Below, piece by piece: positions 9,922 through 18,472 of a stretch of DNA of 64,000 bases. The stretch covers positions 11,581-75,580 of the forward strand of contig DATLCC010000065.1 of assembly GCA_035526585.1 (NCBI GenBank), written 5' to 3'. This stretch comes from Thermoplasmatota archaeon. GTDB lineage: Archaea > Thermoplasmatota > SW-10-69-26 > JACQPN01 > JAJPHT01. A model generated the notes under the pieces. It did no database searches. It was not told where the DNA came from and saw only the letters and a list, made by a program, of their open reading frames with translations. Both the position numbers and the translations under genes were made by a program. Within the stretch, counting starts at the first letter, position 1, and each line of letters begins with the position of its first letter.

Positions 9922-11133
9922 TCACTTCTTCAGGCGCGACACGATGGCGCTCCGCACTTCCTCGCGCACGTCCTCGAGCTGGATCTTGGAGAGGAGCGGC
10001 TCGAAGAAGCCTTCGACGATGACGCGTTTCGCGGCGAGCGCGTGGAGTCCGCGCGACTGTAGGTAGAAGAGCTGCTCGGGGTCGACCTGGCCGACCGTCG
10101 CGCCGTGGCTTGCGGAGACGTCGTTGTTCTCGACGTCGAGCTTCGGGATGGCGTCGGCGCGCGCGCCTTCGGAAAGGACCATCGTCTCCTGGTGCTGGTG
10201 TCCGGAGGCGTTCTTCGCGTCGGTGCCGATGAACACGATGCTGTAGTTCGCGCTGTAGCCGTCGTCGTTCAGCGCGCCCTTCATGTCGAGCTGCGAGGAC
10301 GTGTGCGGCGCGCCGTGGAGCGCGGCGGTCGTGATGTCCATGTGCTGGCCCGCCGAGCCGAAGAAGGCGCCCACGAACTTCAGCGACGCGCCGGGGCCAT
10401 CGAGCAGGTTCTCGTTGACGCTGACGCTCGTCGCGGCCCCGAACTGCCCGTCGACCCACGAGAGCTCCGAATCGCGCGCGAGGTGCGTGCGGCGCCACGC
10501 GAGGAGGGTCGCGCCGTGGTCGATGTCCTGGATCGTGGAGAGGGCGAGGCGCGCGCCGTCGCGAAGCGACGTCTCGATGCCGTGGAGCGCGAGCGCGCCC
10601 TTCGATGCGCCCTGCGCGCGGGCGAGCGCCTGGAGCTTGGCCTGGCGGTCCACGACGACGAGGTCGCGCACGACGCCTGCCTCGGGCGCGAAGCGGGCGG
10701 GGGATTCGAGCGCGCCGGCGACCTCCGTCCCCTTCTCGACGTAGAGGAGCGAGCCGTCGCTCCAGAGCGCGGCGTCGAGCGCCTCCCACTTGTCGGCGCG
10801 CGGCGAGAGGCGCACGAGGGGTTGCACGAGGTCGGGGTGCTCGCGCGCCGCCTCGGCGAGGGGGATGTGGACGACGCCGGGCGCCTTCGCGAGGGAGCGC
10901 TTGGCGAGGGGCGAGCCCCGACCGAAGGCCCGCCACGCCAAGGCCTCGATGTCGAGGTCCGCGATCTCGGTGCGGCGCCACTGGGGCGCCTCCAGCGCCT
11001 GGTAGCGGGCCAGCGCTTCGGCACGCAGGTCGACGAGCCAGTCGGGCTCGCCGCGCGCCTTCGAGCGCTCGCGGATGGACTGGGAGGAGAGGAGGGCGTT
11101 CATCCCTGTGGAGCCAGTGACAGGGGTCCCCAT
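9922..11133 (-). CDS. sufD: Fe-S cluster assembly protein SufD (SufBD family)
   Basis: C-terminal EQLFYLQSRGLHALAAKRVIVEGFF typical of SufB/SufD. About 400 aa from MGTPVTGSTGMNALL. No sufB in the window. Confidence 0.75.
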   Translation of the reverse strand: MGTPVTGSTGMNALLSSQSIRERSKARGEPDWLVDLRAEALARYQALEAPQWRRTEIADLDIEALAWRAFGRGSPLAKRSLAKAPGVVHIPLAEAAREHPDLVQPLVRLSPRADKWEALDAALWSDGSLLYVEKGTEVAGALESPARFAPEAGVVRDLVVVDRQAKLQALARAQGASKGALALHGIETSLRDGARLALSTIQDIDHGATLLAWRRTHLARDSELSWVDGQFGAATSVSVNENLLDGPGASLKFVGAFFGSAGQHMDITTAALHGAPHTSSQLDMKGALNDDGYSANYSIVFIGTDAKNASGHQHQETMVLSEGARADAIPKLDVENNDVSASHGATVGQVDPEQLFYLQSRGLHALAAKRVIVEGFFEPLLSKIQLEDVREEVRSAIVSRLKK

Positions 11134-11149
11134 TTTCGGGCTTACGGTT

Positions 11150-11345
11150 GCGGCAAACGCGCCTCGGCCGCGGGCCGAGGCGCGTTTCCTCGCCCTCGCC
11201 CTCTTCCTCGGCCTCGGGCCTCGGCCTCGGGCCTCGCTCTTCGTGCCTCGTGCCTCCTTCCTCCTGCGAAGAAGGAAGAAGGCAATGAGAGCGAGGAACG
11301 AAGGCACCGAGGCGAGGCACCAAGGACGAGAACGAGGACGAGGGT
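11150..11345. repeat. long imperfect palindrome with strand asymmetry (pyrimidine arm CCTCG units, purine arm CGAGG/GAAGG units) in the divergent sufD/corA intergenic region
   Basis: cctcgccctcgccctcttcctcggcctcgggcctcggcctcgggcctcgc ... cgaggaacgaaggcaccgaggcgaggcaccaaggacgag, read directly. Confidence 0.4.
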
Positions 11346-11396
11346 GCCGCCGCAACCCAGCGCCCCTTATGTAGCCCGTCCGGAGATGCCCGCCAC

Positions 11397-12455
11397 GTGA
11401 GCGCGACGGCCATCGCCCCGACCTACGAGGGCTTCATGGTGAGCGTCGCGAACGGCAAGCCGACGCGCCTGGATGCGCCCCGCGTGCACGACATGGTGCG
11501 CGGGCTGCACGAGGCGGAGGTCGCCTGGCTCAACTTCGAGGTCGACGACCTCGAGGCGGACGCGCAGCGCATCGCGTCGATCCTCGGCTTCTCGGGGACG
11601 CTCATCGAATCGCTCATCCGTACGGAGCTCTCCGAGTACGAGGACCGCGACACGGAGCTCGGGATGCTCCTGCCCATCATCCGGATCGAGAACCTCGCCG
11701 TCGAGGTGCAGCCGCTCCTGATGCTCGTGCGCGACAACTTCGTGCTCACGATGTACCAGCGCGGCAAGGTCACGCGCTTCCGGAAGTTCGCGCGCTACGC
11801 CGAGACGGCGATGCGCAAGATCCCGCAGGACTACAACACGCCCGACAAGCTCACCGTGCTCGTCACGCGCCTTCTCGACGAGAACAACACGAGGAACTTC
11901 GACGGCATCCGCCGCATCGAGGAGCTGGGCGAGAAGATCGCCGGGGACCTCATCCAGGAGGACCTGGACCGCCGGAGCCTCGCGCCGCGCATCTACGAGA
12001 TGAAGCGCGCGCTCATCCAGTACCTCGACGGGCTGTGGGCCTCGCTCGACGTGATCCAGTCGCTGCGCCATGGCGACGCGGAGCTCATCTCGGACGACGC
12101 GCAGCTTCTCGCGCGCGTGGCGCTTTTGGGCGACGACGTGCAGCGTCACATCCAGCTCTCCGAGCACATGAGCGAGGTGCTCTCCAGCGGCCTCGAAGTG
12201 ATGCAGAGCATCTACAACAACCAGCTCGCGGTCCTCAACAACCGCATGAACTTCGTCATCACGTGGCTCACGGTCCTCGGCACCGCCGTCCTCGTGCCCA
12301 ACACGATCGCGACCGTCTTTGCCGCCTGGCCAGGCGGGACGCCGGTGACGGACCCGCGCGTCTATCTCATGATCATGCTCGCGGCGACCCTGGCGTCCAC
12401 CCTCTGGGCCTGGATGTGGGTCCGCCGCAAGGCGCCCATCCCTCGCCTCGACTGA
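11397..12455 (+). CDS. CorA-superfamily divalent cation transporter lacking the canonical GMN motif
   Basis: CorA-like soluble N-domain and two C-terminal TM helices (VITWLTVLGTAVLV, LMIMLAATLASTLWAWMWV). Loop reads FAAWPGG where GMN is expected. Confidence 0.65.
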   Translation: MSATAIAPTYEGFMVSVANGKPTRLDAPRVHDMVRGLHEAEVAWLNFEVDDLEADAQRIASILGFSGTLIESLIRTELSEYEDRDTELGMLLPIIRIENLAVEVQPLLMLVRDNFVLTMYQRGKVTRFRKFARYAETAMRKIPQDYNTPDKLTVLVTRLLDENNTRNFDGIRRIEELGEKIAGDLIQEDLDRRSLAPRIYEMKRALIQYLDGLWASLDVIQSLRHGDAELISDDAQLLARVALLGDDVQRHIQLSEHMSEVLSSGLEVMQSIYNNQLAVLNNRMNFVITWLTVLGTAVLVPNTIATVFAAWPGGTPVTDPRVYLMIMLAATLASTLWAWMWVRRKAPIPRLD

Positions 12456-12507
12456 GCCTGTCGCGGTATGCTCTAGATTTATCACGAGACCGGCTCTTTT
12501 CCGGCAG

Positions 12508-13764
12508 GTGCTGGTGGAGATCCAGGCCGACTCGCACGATGGTGCGGGCGGCATCGTCGCGCGCCCGAGCATCGCGCGCGGCCGCAACATGAGCCCCGGC
12601 ATCCAGCAGGCCCAATACTACTGGCGCGACGTCGTCCACGGGCCGCCGCCGCGCCGCCGCGAGCGCGGCACGTGCCTCCACGTCACGTGGCATGGCTCGG
12701 ACGACAGCGGTGACGTTCGCATCTCCTTCACGACCATCGTGCGCGTGGACAGCGGCGTCGACAAGGAGTCCGTCTGGGACGACATCATCCACGTCGAGGA
12801 GCGCACCAACGTCCAGCGGCGCCTCCTCCAGGAGATGATCGATCGCGAGCGCCACTTCACGGACCGCGTGTGCCTGCGCATGCGCTCCCGCCTCGCGCAG
12901 AGCATGGTGGACCAGCGCCGGCGCGCGAACGACATCGAGACGCCCTGGGTCGCCACGATGGTGCTCGGCTGGATCCGATTCCAGGCCAAGGCAGGCACGC
13001 TCACGATCAAGGTCTTCCGCGGCTTCATGCGCGCGCTCGTCGCCGTGCCCGACGCCATCCTCACGCAGACCGAGCGCGCGTCGATCCACCTCGCCTCGAA
13101 GAGCGGCCGCCGCTGGCTCAAGCGCGCGATCCGCGATCCGGCCGCCGCGACGCCGCAGGAGAAGGCGGGCGTGCTCGTGTGGCTCATCGTCGCGACGACC
13201 GTCTGGGTCCTGCTCGCGGCCGTGCTCTTCGCGACGTTCCTCTCGGCCTACGACGATTACTTCAAGGGCGTGTTCAAGGACTTCCTCTTCGCGATCGGCA
13301 ACGCGGTGGGCATCCCGCTCCCCCCCGCCGAGACGTTCTACATCCAGAGCACGATCGATTACTCCGCGATCCTCGGCCTCACGGGCGCCTTCGTGCTGGC
13401 TGGCCTCGGCCTCCTCATCGGGAAGACGTTGGGCTCGTGGATGATCTACCTCATGGGCGACTCGCTCTACGACACGCTCAACAAGAAGAGCGGGCCCAAG
13501 ATCAAGAAGGCGCTCGCGTGGCTGCAGCGAAGCGCCGCCAAGAGCGGCTTCGCCTGGGTCGCGATGCTCTGCGCCGTGCCCGCGCTCCCCGACCCGCTCA
13601 TCATCCCGTTCGCCGTCTCGGGCATGAAGTTCCGCAGCTACATGATCGCGGTCGTCTTCGGCACGATCGTCAAGTTCGCCATCCTCGCGGGCCTCATCCT
13701 CTGGATCGGTCCCGACCGCGTCGCGGGCTTCATGGCGCATCCGTTCAAGAGCATGGGTCTGTAG
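12508..13764 (+). CDS. membrane protein with C-terminal DedA/YqaA (VTT) domain and an N-terminal cytoplasmic extension of about 200 aa
   Basis: IIPFAVSGMKFRSYMIAVVFG. Alternative ATG at 12589 (MSPGIQQAQ). TATA-like tctagatttatcac at about 12470. Confidence 0.5.
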   Translation: MLVEIQADSHDGAGGIVARPSIARGRNMSPGIQQAQYYWRDVVHGPPPRRRERGTCLHVTWHGSDDSGDVRISFTTIVRVDSGVDKESVWDDIIHVEERTNVQRRLLQEMIDRERHFTDRVCLRMRSRLAQSMVDQRRRANDIETPWVATMVLGWIRFQAKAGTLTIKVFRGFMRALVAVPDAILTQTERASIHLASKSGRRWLKRAIRDPAAATPQEKAGVLVWLIVATTVWVLLAAVLFATFLSAYDDYFKGVFKDFLFAIGNAVGIPLPPAETFYIQSTIDYSAILGLTGAFVLAGLGLLIGKTLGSWMIYLMGDSLYDTLNKKSGPKIKKALAWLQRSAAKSGFAWVAMLCAVPALPDPLIIPFAVSGMKFRSYMIAVVFGTIVKFAILAGLILWIGPDRVAGFMAHPFKSMGL

Positions 13765-13775
13765 TCGCCAAGGCC

Positions 13776-13831
13776 GCCAAGGAGGCCAAGGGCGCCAAGA
13801 TGCGCCGCTTGGCGCCCTTGGCCTCCTTGGC
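13776..13831. terminator. perfect 24-bp stem hairpin between convergent genes, followed by a T-rich run
   Basis: gccaaggaggccaagggcgccaag atgcgccg cttggcgcccttggcctccttggc. Confidence 0.5.
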
Positions 13832-13842
13832 GCGCTTGGCGT

Positions 13843-14406
13843 CTATTCTTTCCAGCGCGGGTAAAGATCGTGCTCCAGCCCCAGCGCGTCGAGCGCCTTC
13901 CCAGCGACGTGGTCCACCATGTCGTCGATGCTCTTCGGGTGCACGTAGAAGCCGGGCATCGCGGGGACGATGCGCGCGCCGGCTTCGCTCAGCGTGAGCA
14001 GATTGCGCAGGTGGATCGTGGAGAGCGGCGTCTCGCGGGGCACGATCACGAGCGGCCGGCGCTCCTTGAGGCACACGTCCGCCGAGCGGCTCACGAGGTC
14101 GAGGCCGATGCCGGCCGCCATGAGGCCGACGTGCTTCATCGACGCAGGGATGACGAGCATGCCCACGAAGCGGTGCGAGCCGCTCGCGATGGGCGCGAAG
14201 AAGTCGTCGTTCCGGTGCACCTCGTGCGCGAGCGACCTCACCTTCTCCACGTCGGCCTTCGCCTCGAAGGAGAGGAGCTTCTCCGCCGTCGGCGTGAGGA
14301 TCAGGTGGATGCGGAGGTCGGGCATCTTCGCGAGCGTCTCGAGCGCGCGGATGCCGTAGGGCGTGCCGCTCGCGCCCGTCATGGCCAGCACGACCTCGCG
14401 CGTCAT
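13843..14406 (-). CDS. ubiX: flavin prenyltransferase UbiX/Pad1 (prenylated-FMN synthase)
   Basis: MTREVVLAMTGASGTPYGIRALETL...LILTPTAEKLL...VIPASMKHVGLMAAGIG. About 187 aa. Confidence 0.85.
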   Translation of the reverse strand: MTREVVLAMTGASGTPYGIRALETLAKMPDLRIHLILTPTAEKLLSFEAKADVEKVRSLAHEVHRNDDFFAPIASGSHRFVGMLVIPASMKHVGLMAAGIGLDLVSRSADVCLKERRPLVIVPRETPLSTIHLRNLLTLSEAGARIVPAMPGFYVHPKSIDDMVDHVAGKALDALGLEHDLYPRWKE

Positions 14407-14431
14407 GGGGAGGGACCGGCGGCTCCTGCCC

Positions 14432-15592
14432 ATGAAGGTTATCCGGGCGCGCGCATCTGCCGCGCCCATGGCGGCGATCGGGGTGCGCGTGCACGGATAC
14501 GCCGCCGCCGCGCTCCTCGCGCTCGCGGCGCCGCTCGGGATCCTCGCGGCGCTCCGGCGCGGCCCGTTCGCGCCCGATCTCCATCTGCTCGCGGCGCTTG
14601 GCGGCCTGACGCTCCTGATGCAGTGCATCCTCTACTGGTATCTTCCGAGCTTCGCGAAGCGCGAGGTCTCCTTCGAAGGCATGGCCAGTTACTCCGGCCC
14701 GATCCTCTTCCCCGCGACGCTCGTCGGGGCGGCCCTGGACATGGGCGCGCTGCGCGTCGGCCTTCCTGCGATCGGGCTTGGCATCTTCGGCGCGATCCTG
14801 CTGCTCTCGCCGGTGGTCGGCCGGCGCTGGCGAAGCGGCGTCCCATTCTGGCGCACCCCGGGTCCGTTCCAGCGCGGCGACCGGCTCTCGATGATGACCC
14901 TCGCGGCCGGGGCGCTGTGGCTGCTGCTCTGCGCGTGGCTCGGCTTCACGCGCCCGACGATGCTCGCCCTCGTCTGGCCCATCGCGCTCCTCACGCTCGT
15001 CCTCGGCGCGCTCGCCCACTACGTCCCTCGGGGCCGCGGCCGCGCGATGCTCGCGGCGGCGTACGCGCTGGGCGCGTGCGCGTTCACGCTCGGCGCGGCG
15101 CTCCTCGTCGCGGAGCGCGCGGGCGCCGCCATCCCGCGCGGCCTGCCCGAGTCGCTCATCGCGGGTCTCCTCGTCGCCGGCGCCGCGATCGCCCCGCCTG
15201 GCGCGGCGAAAGCGGCCGGCGCGCGGCTTGGCCAAGCGGCGCCCTTCCTCCTCGCCGGGAGCGCGGCGATGGCCGGGGCGATCGTTTTCTCCGTCAGCGG
15301 ACGAGGCATCGGCTTCGCCTTCGCGGCATACTATGGCCTGCTCGCCGCCCTTGCGCTAGCCGTCGCGGGGCTCTCTCTTCTGCTGCTCCCCGTCGTGTTC
15401 AACGAGCGCCCCGACGCGCGCGGGCTCTGGCCGTCGGTCGGCTGCGCGCTCGGAGGGGCCGCGCTCTTCGCAGCGGGCGTCCTCACGCGCCTTCCGCGCT
15501 GGCCAGGCGCGGCGCTTCTCGCGATATCAGTCCTCTGCTGGCTCGCGATGATGGCGCCCTTGCGTCGACCCAGACGGGATTGCCCGGTGTGA
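14432..15592 (+). CDS. polytopic membrane protein, hypothetical
   Basis: About 10 predicted TM segments, Ala/Leu-rich. ATG at 14432 avoids overlap with the ubiX 5' end. Confidence 0.45.
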   Translation: MKVIRARASAAPMAAIGVRVHGYAAAALLALAAPLGILAALRRGPFAPDLHLLAALGGLTLLMQCILYWYLPSFAKREVSFEGMASYSGPILFPATLVGAALDMGALRVGLPAIGLGIFGAILLLSPVVGRRWRSGVPFWRTPGPFQRGDRLSMMTLAAGALWLLLCAWLGFTRPTMLALVWPIALLTLVLGALAHYVPRGRGRAMLAAAYALGACAFTLGAALLVAERAGAAIPRGLPESLIAGLLVAGAAIAPPGAAKAAGARLGQAAPFLLAGSAAMAGAIVFSVSGRGIGFAFAAYYGLLAALALAVAGLSLLLLPVVFNERPDARGLWPSVGCALGGAALFAAGVLTRLPRWPGAALLAISVLCWLAMMAPLRRPRRDCPV

Positions 15593-15602
15593 GTTCGACG
15601 AA

Positions 15603-15672
15603 CGAAGCCACGGAGGGCCACGGAGGCTGAAGGACAACATTCCCCTCGTCTCCGTGGGCCTCCGTGGCTTCG
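15603..15672. terminator. about 23-bp imperfect inverted repeat (cgaagccacggagggccacggagg / cctccgtgggcctccgtggcttcg)
   Basis: Read directly, downstream of the 14432..15592 gene. Confidence 0.35.
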
Positions 15673-15697
15673 TCCGCGAAGGCGCGCGCCAACCTTC

Positions 15698-16003
15698 TTG
15701 AGCGCGGCGCGCGCTGGCGACCCGACGATGGTCGAGTACAGCGTCCTCGAGCTGTGCAAGAACCGCGCGGGGTACGAGGCGTTCCCGCACGCGCGCCTGA
15801 AGCTCGACCTCAGGGCTCTTGAAGGGGAGCTGAAAGAGGCCGGTTTCGAGCCGCTCGCGAATGCGGGGATCCTCCTCGTCGTGCGCTGGGAGGACGTCGA
15901 GCTCTCGATCTTCGAGTCGGGGAAGCTCCTCTTCAAGACGCGCGAGATGGACAAGGCGCGCGTCGCGATGGCCGCGTTCCGGGGGGCGATGCGATGGAGC
16001 TGA
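15698..16003 (+). CDS. small hypothetical protein, translationally coupled to the downstream cysteine desulfurase
   Basis: 101-aa ORF overlapping the next start by 10 nt. Ordinary composition (ILLVVRWEDVELSIFESGKLLFKT). Confidence 0.4.
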   Translation: MSAARAGDPTMVEYSVLELCKNRAGYEAFPHARLKLDLRALEGELKEAGFEPLANAGILLVVRWEDVELSIFESGKLLFKTREMDKARVAMAAFRGAMRWS

Positions 16004-17199
16004 GCGCGGAGCTCCGCAGGGATTTCCCGTTCCTCCTGCGCCACGACGCGCCGATCTATCTCGACAACGCGTGCATGACGCTCAAGCCCCAGAGCGTGAT
16101 CGACGCCGTCACGCGCTACTACACGGAGACCCCGTATTGCGCTGGCCGCGCCGTGTACGAGGGGTCGCACGTCGTCGAGGAGATGGTCGAGCACGCGCGC
16201 GCGGACCTCGCGCGGCTCCTCGGCGGCGCTCCCCAGGCGACGGTGTGGACGAAGAACGCCACGGAAGCCGTGAACCTCGTCGCGCACGCCTTTCCCTGGA
16301 AGCGCGGCGACGTCGTCCTCACGAGCGACCGCGAGCACAACTCGAACCTCGTGCCCTGGCAGATGCTCGCCGCGCGGGGCGTCAGGCACGAGGTCGTTGC
16401 GTCGCGGGCCGATGGCACGTTCGACCTCGACGCATGGGAGACGCGGCTCGCGCGCCGCGACGTGGCGCTCGTCGCCTCCGTCCACGTCTCGAACCTTGAT
16501 GGCTACGAGGCTCCGGCGCGCGCGCTCGTCGAGCTTGCGCATGCGCGCGGCGTGCCGGTCCTTCTCGATGGCGCGCAGGCGGCGCCCCACATGCCCGTGG
16601 ACCTCGCGCGCCTCGGGGCCGACTTCTACGCGGTAAGCCTCCACAAGATGCTCGGCCCGACGGGCGTGGGCGCGCTCCTCGCCGCGCCGGATGCGCTTGC
16701 GAAGCTCGGGCCCTTCATCACGGGCGGCGACACCGTCGCGCGCACGACCTACGCGGAGGCGGAGCTCCTGGACGCGCCCGCGAAGTTCGAGGGGGGGCTC
16801 CAGAACTACGCGGGGATCGCGGGCGTCACGCCGGCCCTCGCGTATCTGCGCGCCATCGGCCTCGACGCGATCCACGCGCACGAGCGCGCCCTTGCCGCGC
16901 GCCTCGCAGAGGGGCTCGCGGGCGTCGAGGCCCTGCATCTGCTCGGCGCTCCCATCGGCACGCGCGCCGGGATCGTGCCCTTCTCGCTCGACGCGATCGA
17001 TCCGCATGCGTTGGCGATCCTGCTGGAGGACAAGCACCGCATGCTCGTGCGCTCGGGCGACCATTGCCTCCACAGCTGGTTCAATGCGCGAGGCGTGCCA
17101 GGCGCCGTGCGCGCAAGCTTCTACCTCTACAACACGAGCGCCGAGGCGGACGCGCTCGTCGAGGCCGTCACGCAGCTTCTGGCGCAGCTGCGGCGCTGA
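15994..17199 (+). CDS. second cysteine desulfurase (SufS/CsdA-like class V aminotransferase)
   Basis: IYLDNACMTLKP, SLHKMLGPTGVGAL, SGDHCLHSW. 401 aa. Confidence 0.85.
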   Translation: MELSAELRRDFPFLLRHDAPIYLDNACMTLKPQSVIDAVTRYYTETPYCAGRAVYEGSHVVEEMVEHARADLARLLGGAPQATVWTKNATEAVNLVAHAFPWKRGDVVLTSDREHNSNLVPWQMLAARGVRHEVVASRADGTFDLDAWETRLARRDVALVASVHVSNLDGYEAPARALVELAHARGVPVLLDGAQAAPHMPVDLARLGADFYAVSLHKMLGPTGVGALLAAPDALAKLGPFITGGDTVARTTYAEAELLDAPAKFEGGLQNYAGIAGVTPALAYLRAIGLDAIHAHERALAARLAEGLAGVEALHLLGAPIGTRAGIVPFSLDAIDPHALAILLEDKHRMLVRSGDHCLHSWFNARGVPGAVRASFYLYNTSAEADALVEAVTQLLAQLRR

Positions 17200-18460
17200 C
17201 CGGCGACGCAAGGGCCGCGCGCGCGTCCGCGAGCCGACGGAAGCGGGGCCGCGCGAGGAGAAGCCCGACCGTCGCGGCCATGGTCACGAGCGTCCAGAGG
17301 ATCCACGTCGCCTGCCAGCCGATCGCGGGCTGCGCGATCCCGGTGAGGAACACCGCGGCGCCAAAGCCGATCGAGTGCACGAGCGCCCAAGCGCCCTGGT
17401 ACGCGCCGCGCATGCCCGGAGGCGCGAGCGCCGCGATCGCGGCCGGGAGGGCGCTGCTGAAGACGAGCTCGCCGGCAGTGAAGACGACGCTCGCGAGGAT
17501 GAGCGCGGCGAAGCCGCCGCTCCACACGAAGAAAAGATAGCTCGCCGCGAGGAACGCGGCGGAGTGGACGAGGTGCCGGTAGGGGCCGTGCCGCGTGAGC
17601 CATGTGGCGACGGGGATCGAGAGGATGGCGAGGAGCGGGCCGTTCACCGCGAGCGCGAGCCCGATCTCGCCAGTGCCCACGCCCGCGTCCTGCGCGTAGA
17701 GCGGCGCGACCGTGGCGATGAGGCCGATGCCGAGCGGAAAGACGATCGCGAGCGCGGCGAGGAGGAGGAACGCGGGATCGCGCGGCGCGCGGGCGAGGTC
17801 GCTCGCAAGCGAGCTTCGCGTCTCGGGGCGCTCGGGCGGCGGGAGCCGGCGAAGGCCCAGGACGAGGACCGCGACGACGAGGAGCTGGGCGAGCGCGCTT
17901 GCGAGGGCGAGGGAGGTGAAGCCGTACGCGAGGAGGAAGCCCGCGGGCGCGACGCCCAGCGTGTACCCGATGCTGAGCATCGTGTAGTTGAGGCCCAGCA
18001 CGGCGCGCCGTTTCTCGGGCGGCGTCAGGTCCAGGAGAAGCGCCGAGGTCGTCGGGAACGCGCCCGCTTGGGCTGCGCCGATGGCGGCGGTCCAGAGGAA
18101 AAGCTCGAGCGGCGTGCGCACGAAGAGGAAGAGAGGGAGGATCGCCGCGGAAAGGAGCGAGCTTGCGAGGAGGACGGGGCGGCGGCCGATCCGGTCGGAG
18201 AGCGCGCCTACGACCGGCGCGATCAGGCCGCGTAGCACGTTCTCCACGAGGTATGCGGCGCCGACGACGGAGAGCGCGATCCCGACGTCGCGTGTGAAGT
18301 AGATGCCGAGGAACGTGTACACGCTCATGCGCGCGGCGATGGCGAGGAGCGTCATCGTGACGACGACGTAGACGCGCCGATCGACGCCTTGGAGCCCTTC
18401 CCGATAGGGGGCCGCGATGCGCGCGAAGAGCGCCACGGCGCAGCGAGCCCGCTCCCGCAC
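17168..18460 (-). CDS. MFS transporter
   Basis: 12-TM pattern, GALSDRIGRRPVL motif. 3' end overlaps the convergent desulfurase by about 32 nt. Confidence 0.7.
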   Translation of the reverse strand: MRERARCAVALFARIAAPYREGLQGVDRRVYVVVTMTLLAIAARMSVYTFLGIYFTRDVGIALSVVGAAYLVENVLRGLIAPVVGALSDRIGRRPVLLASSLLSAAILPLFLFVRTPLELFLWTAAIGAAQAGAFPTTSALLLDLTPPEKRRAVLGLNYTMLSIGYTLGVAPAGFLLAYGFTSLALASALAQLLVVAVLVLGLRRLPPPERPETRSSLASDLARAPRDPAFLLLAALAIVFPLGIGLIATVAPLYAQDAGVGTGEIGLALAVNGPLLAILSIPVATWLTRHGPYRHLVHSAAFLAASYLFFVWSGGFAALILASVVFTAGELVFSSALPAAIAALAPPGMRGAYQGAWALVHSIGFGAAVFLTGIAQPAIGWQATWILWTLVTMAATVGLLLARPRFRRLADARAALASPVSAAAAPEAA

Positions 18461-18472
18461 GTAAGCCTTCGC

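Noticed and set aside
8690-11413. 907-aa ORF spanning sufS and upstream
   Set aside because: Only the C-terminal 408 aa (SufS) has protein-like composition. The N-terminal 500 aa is Arg-rich read-through across the separate sufD frame.
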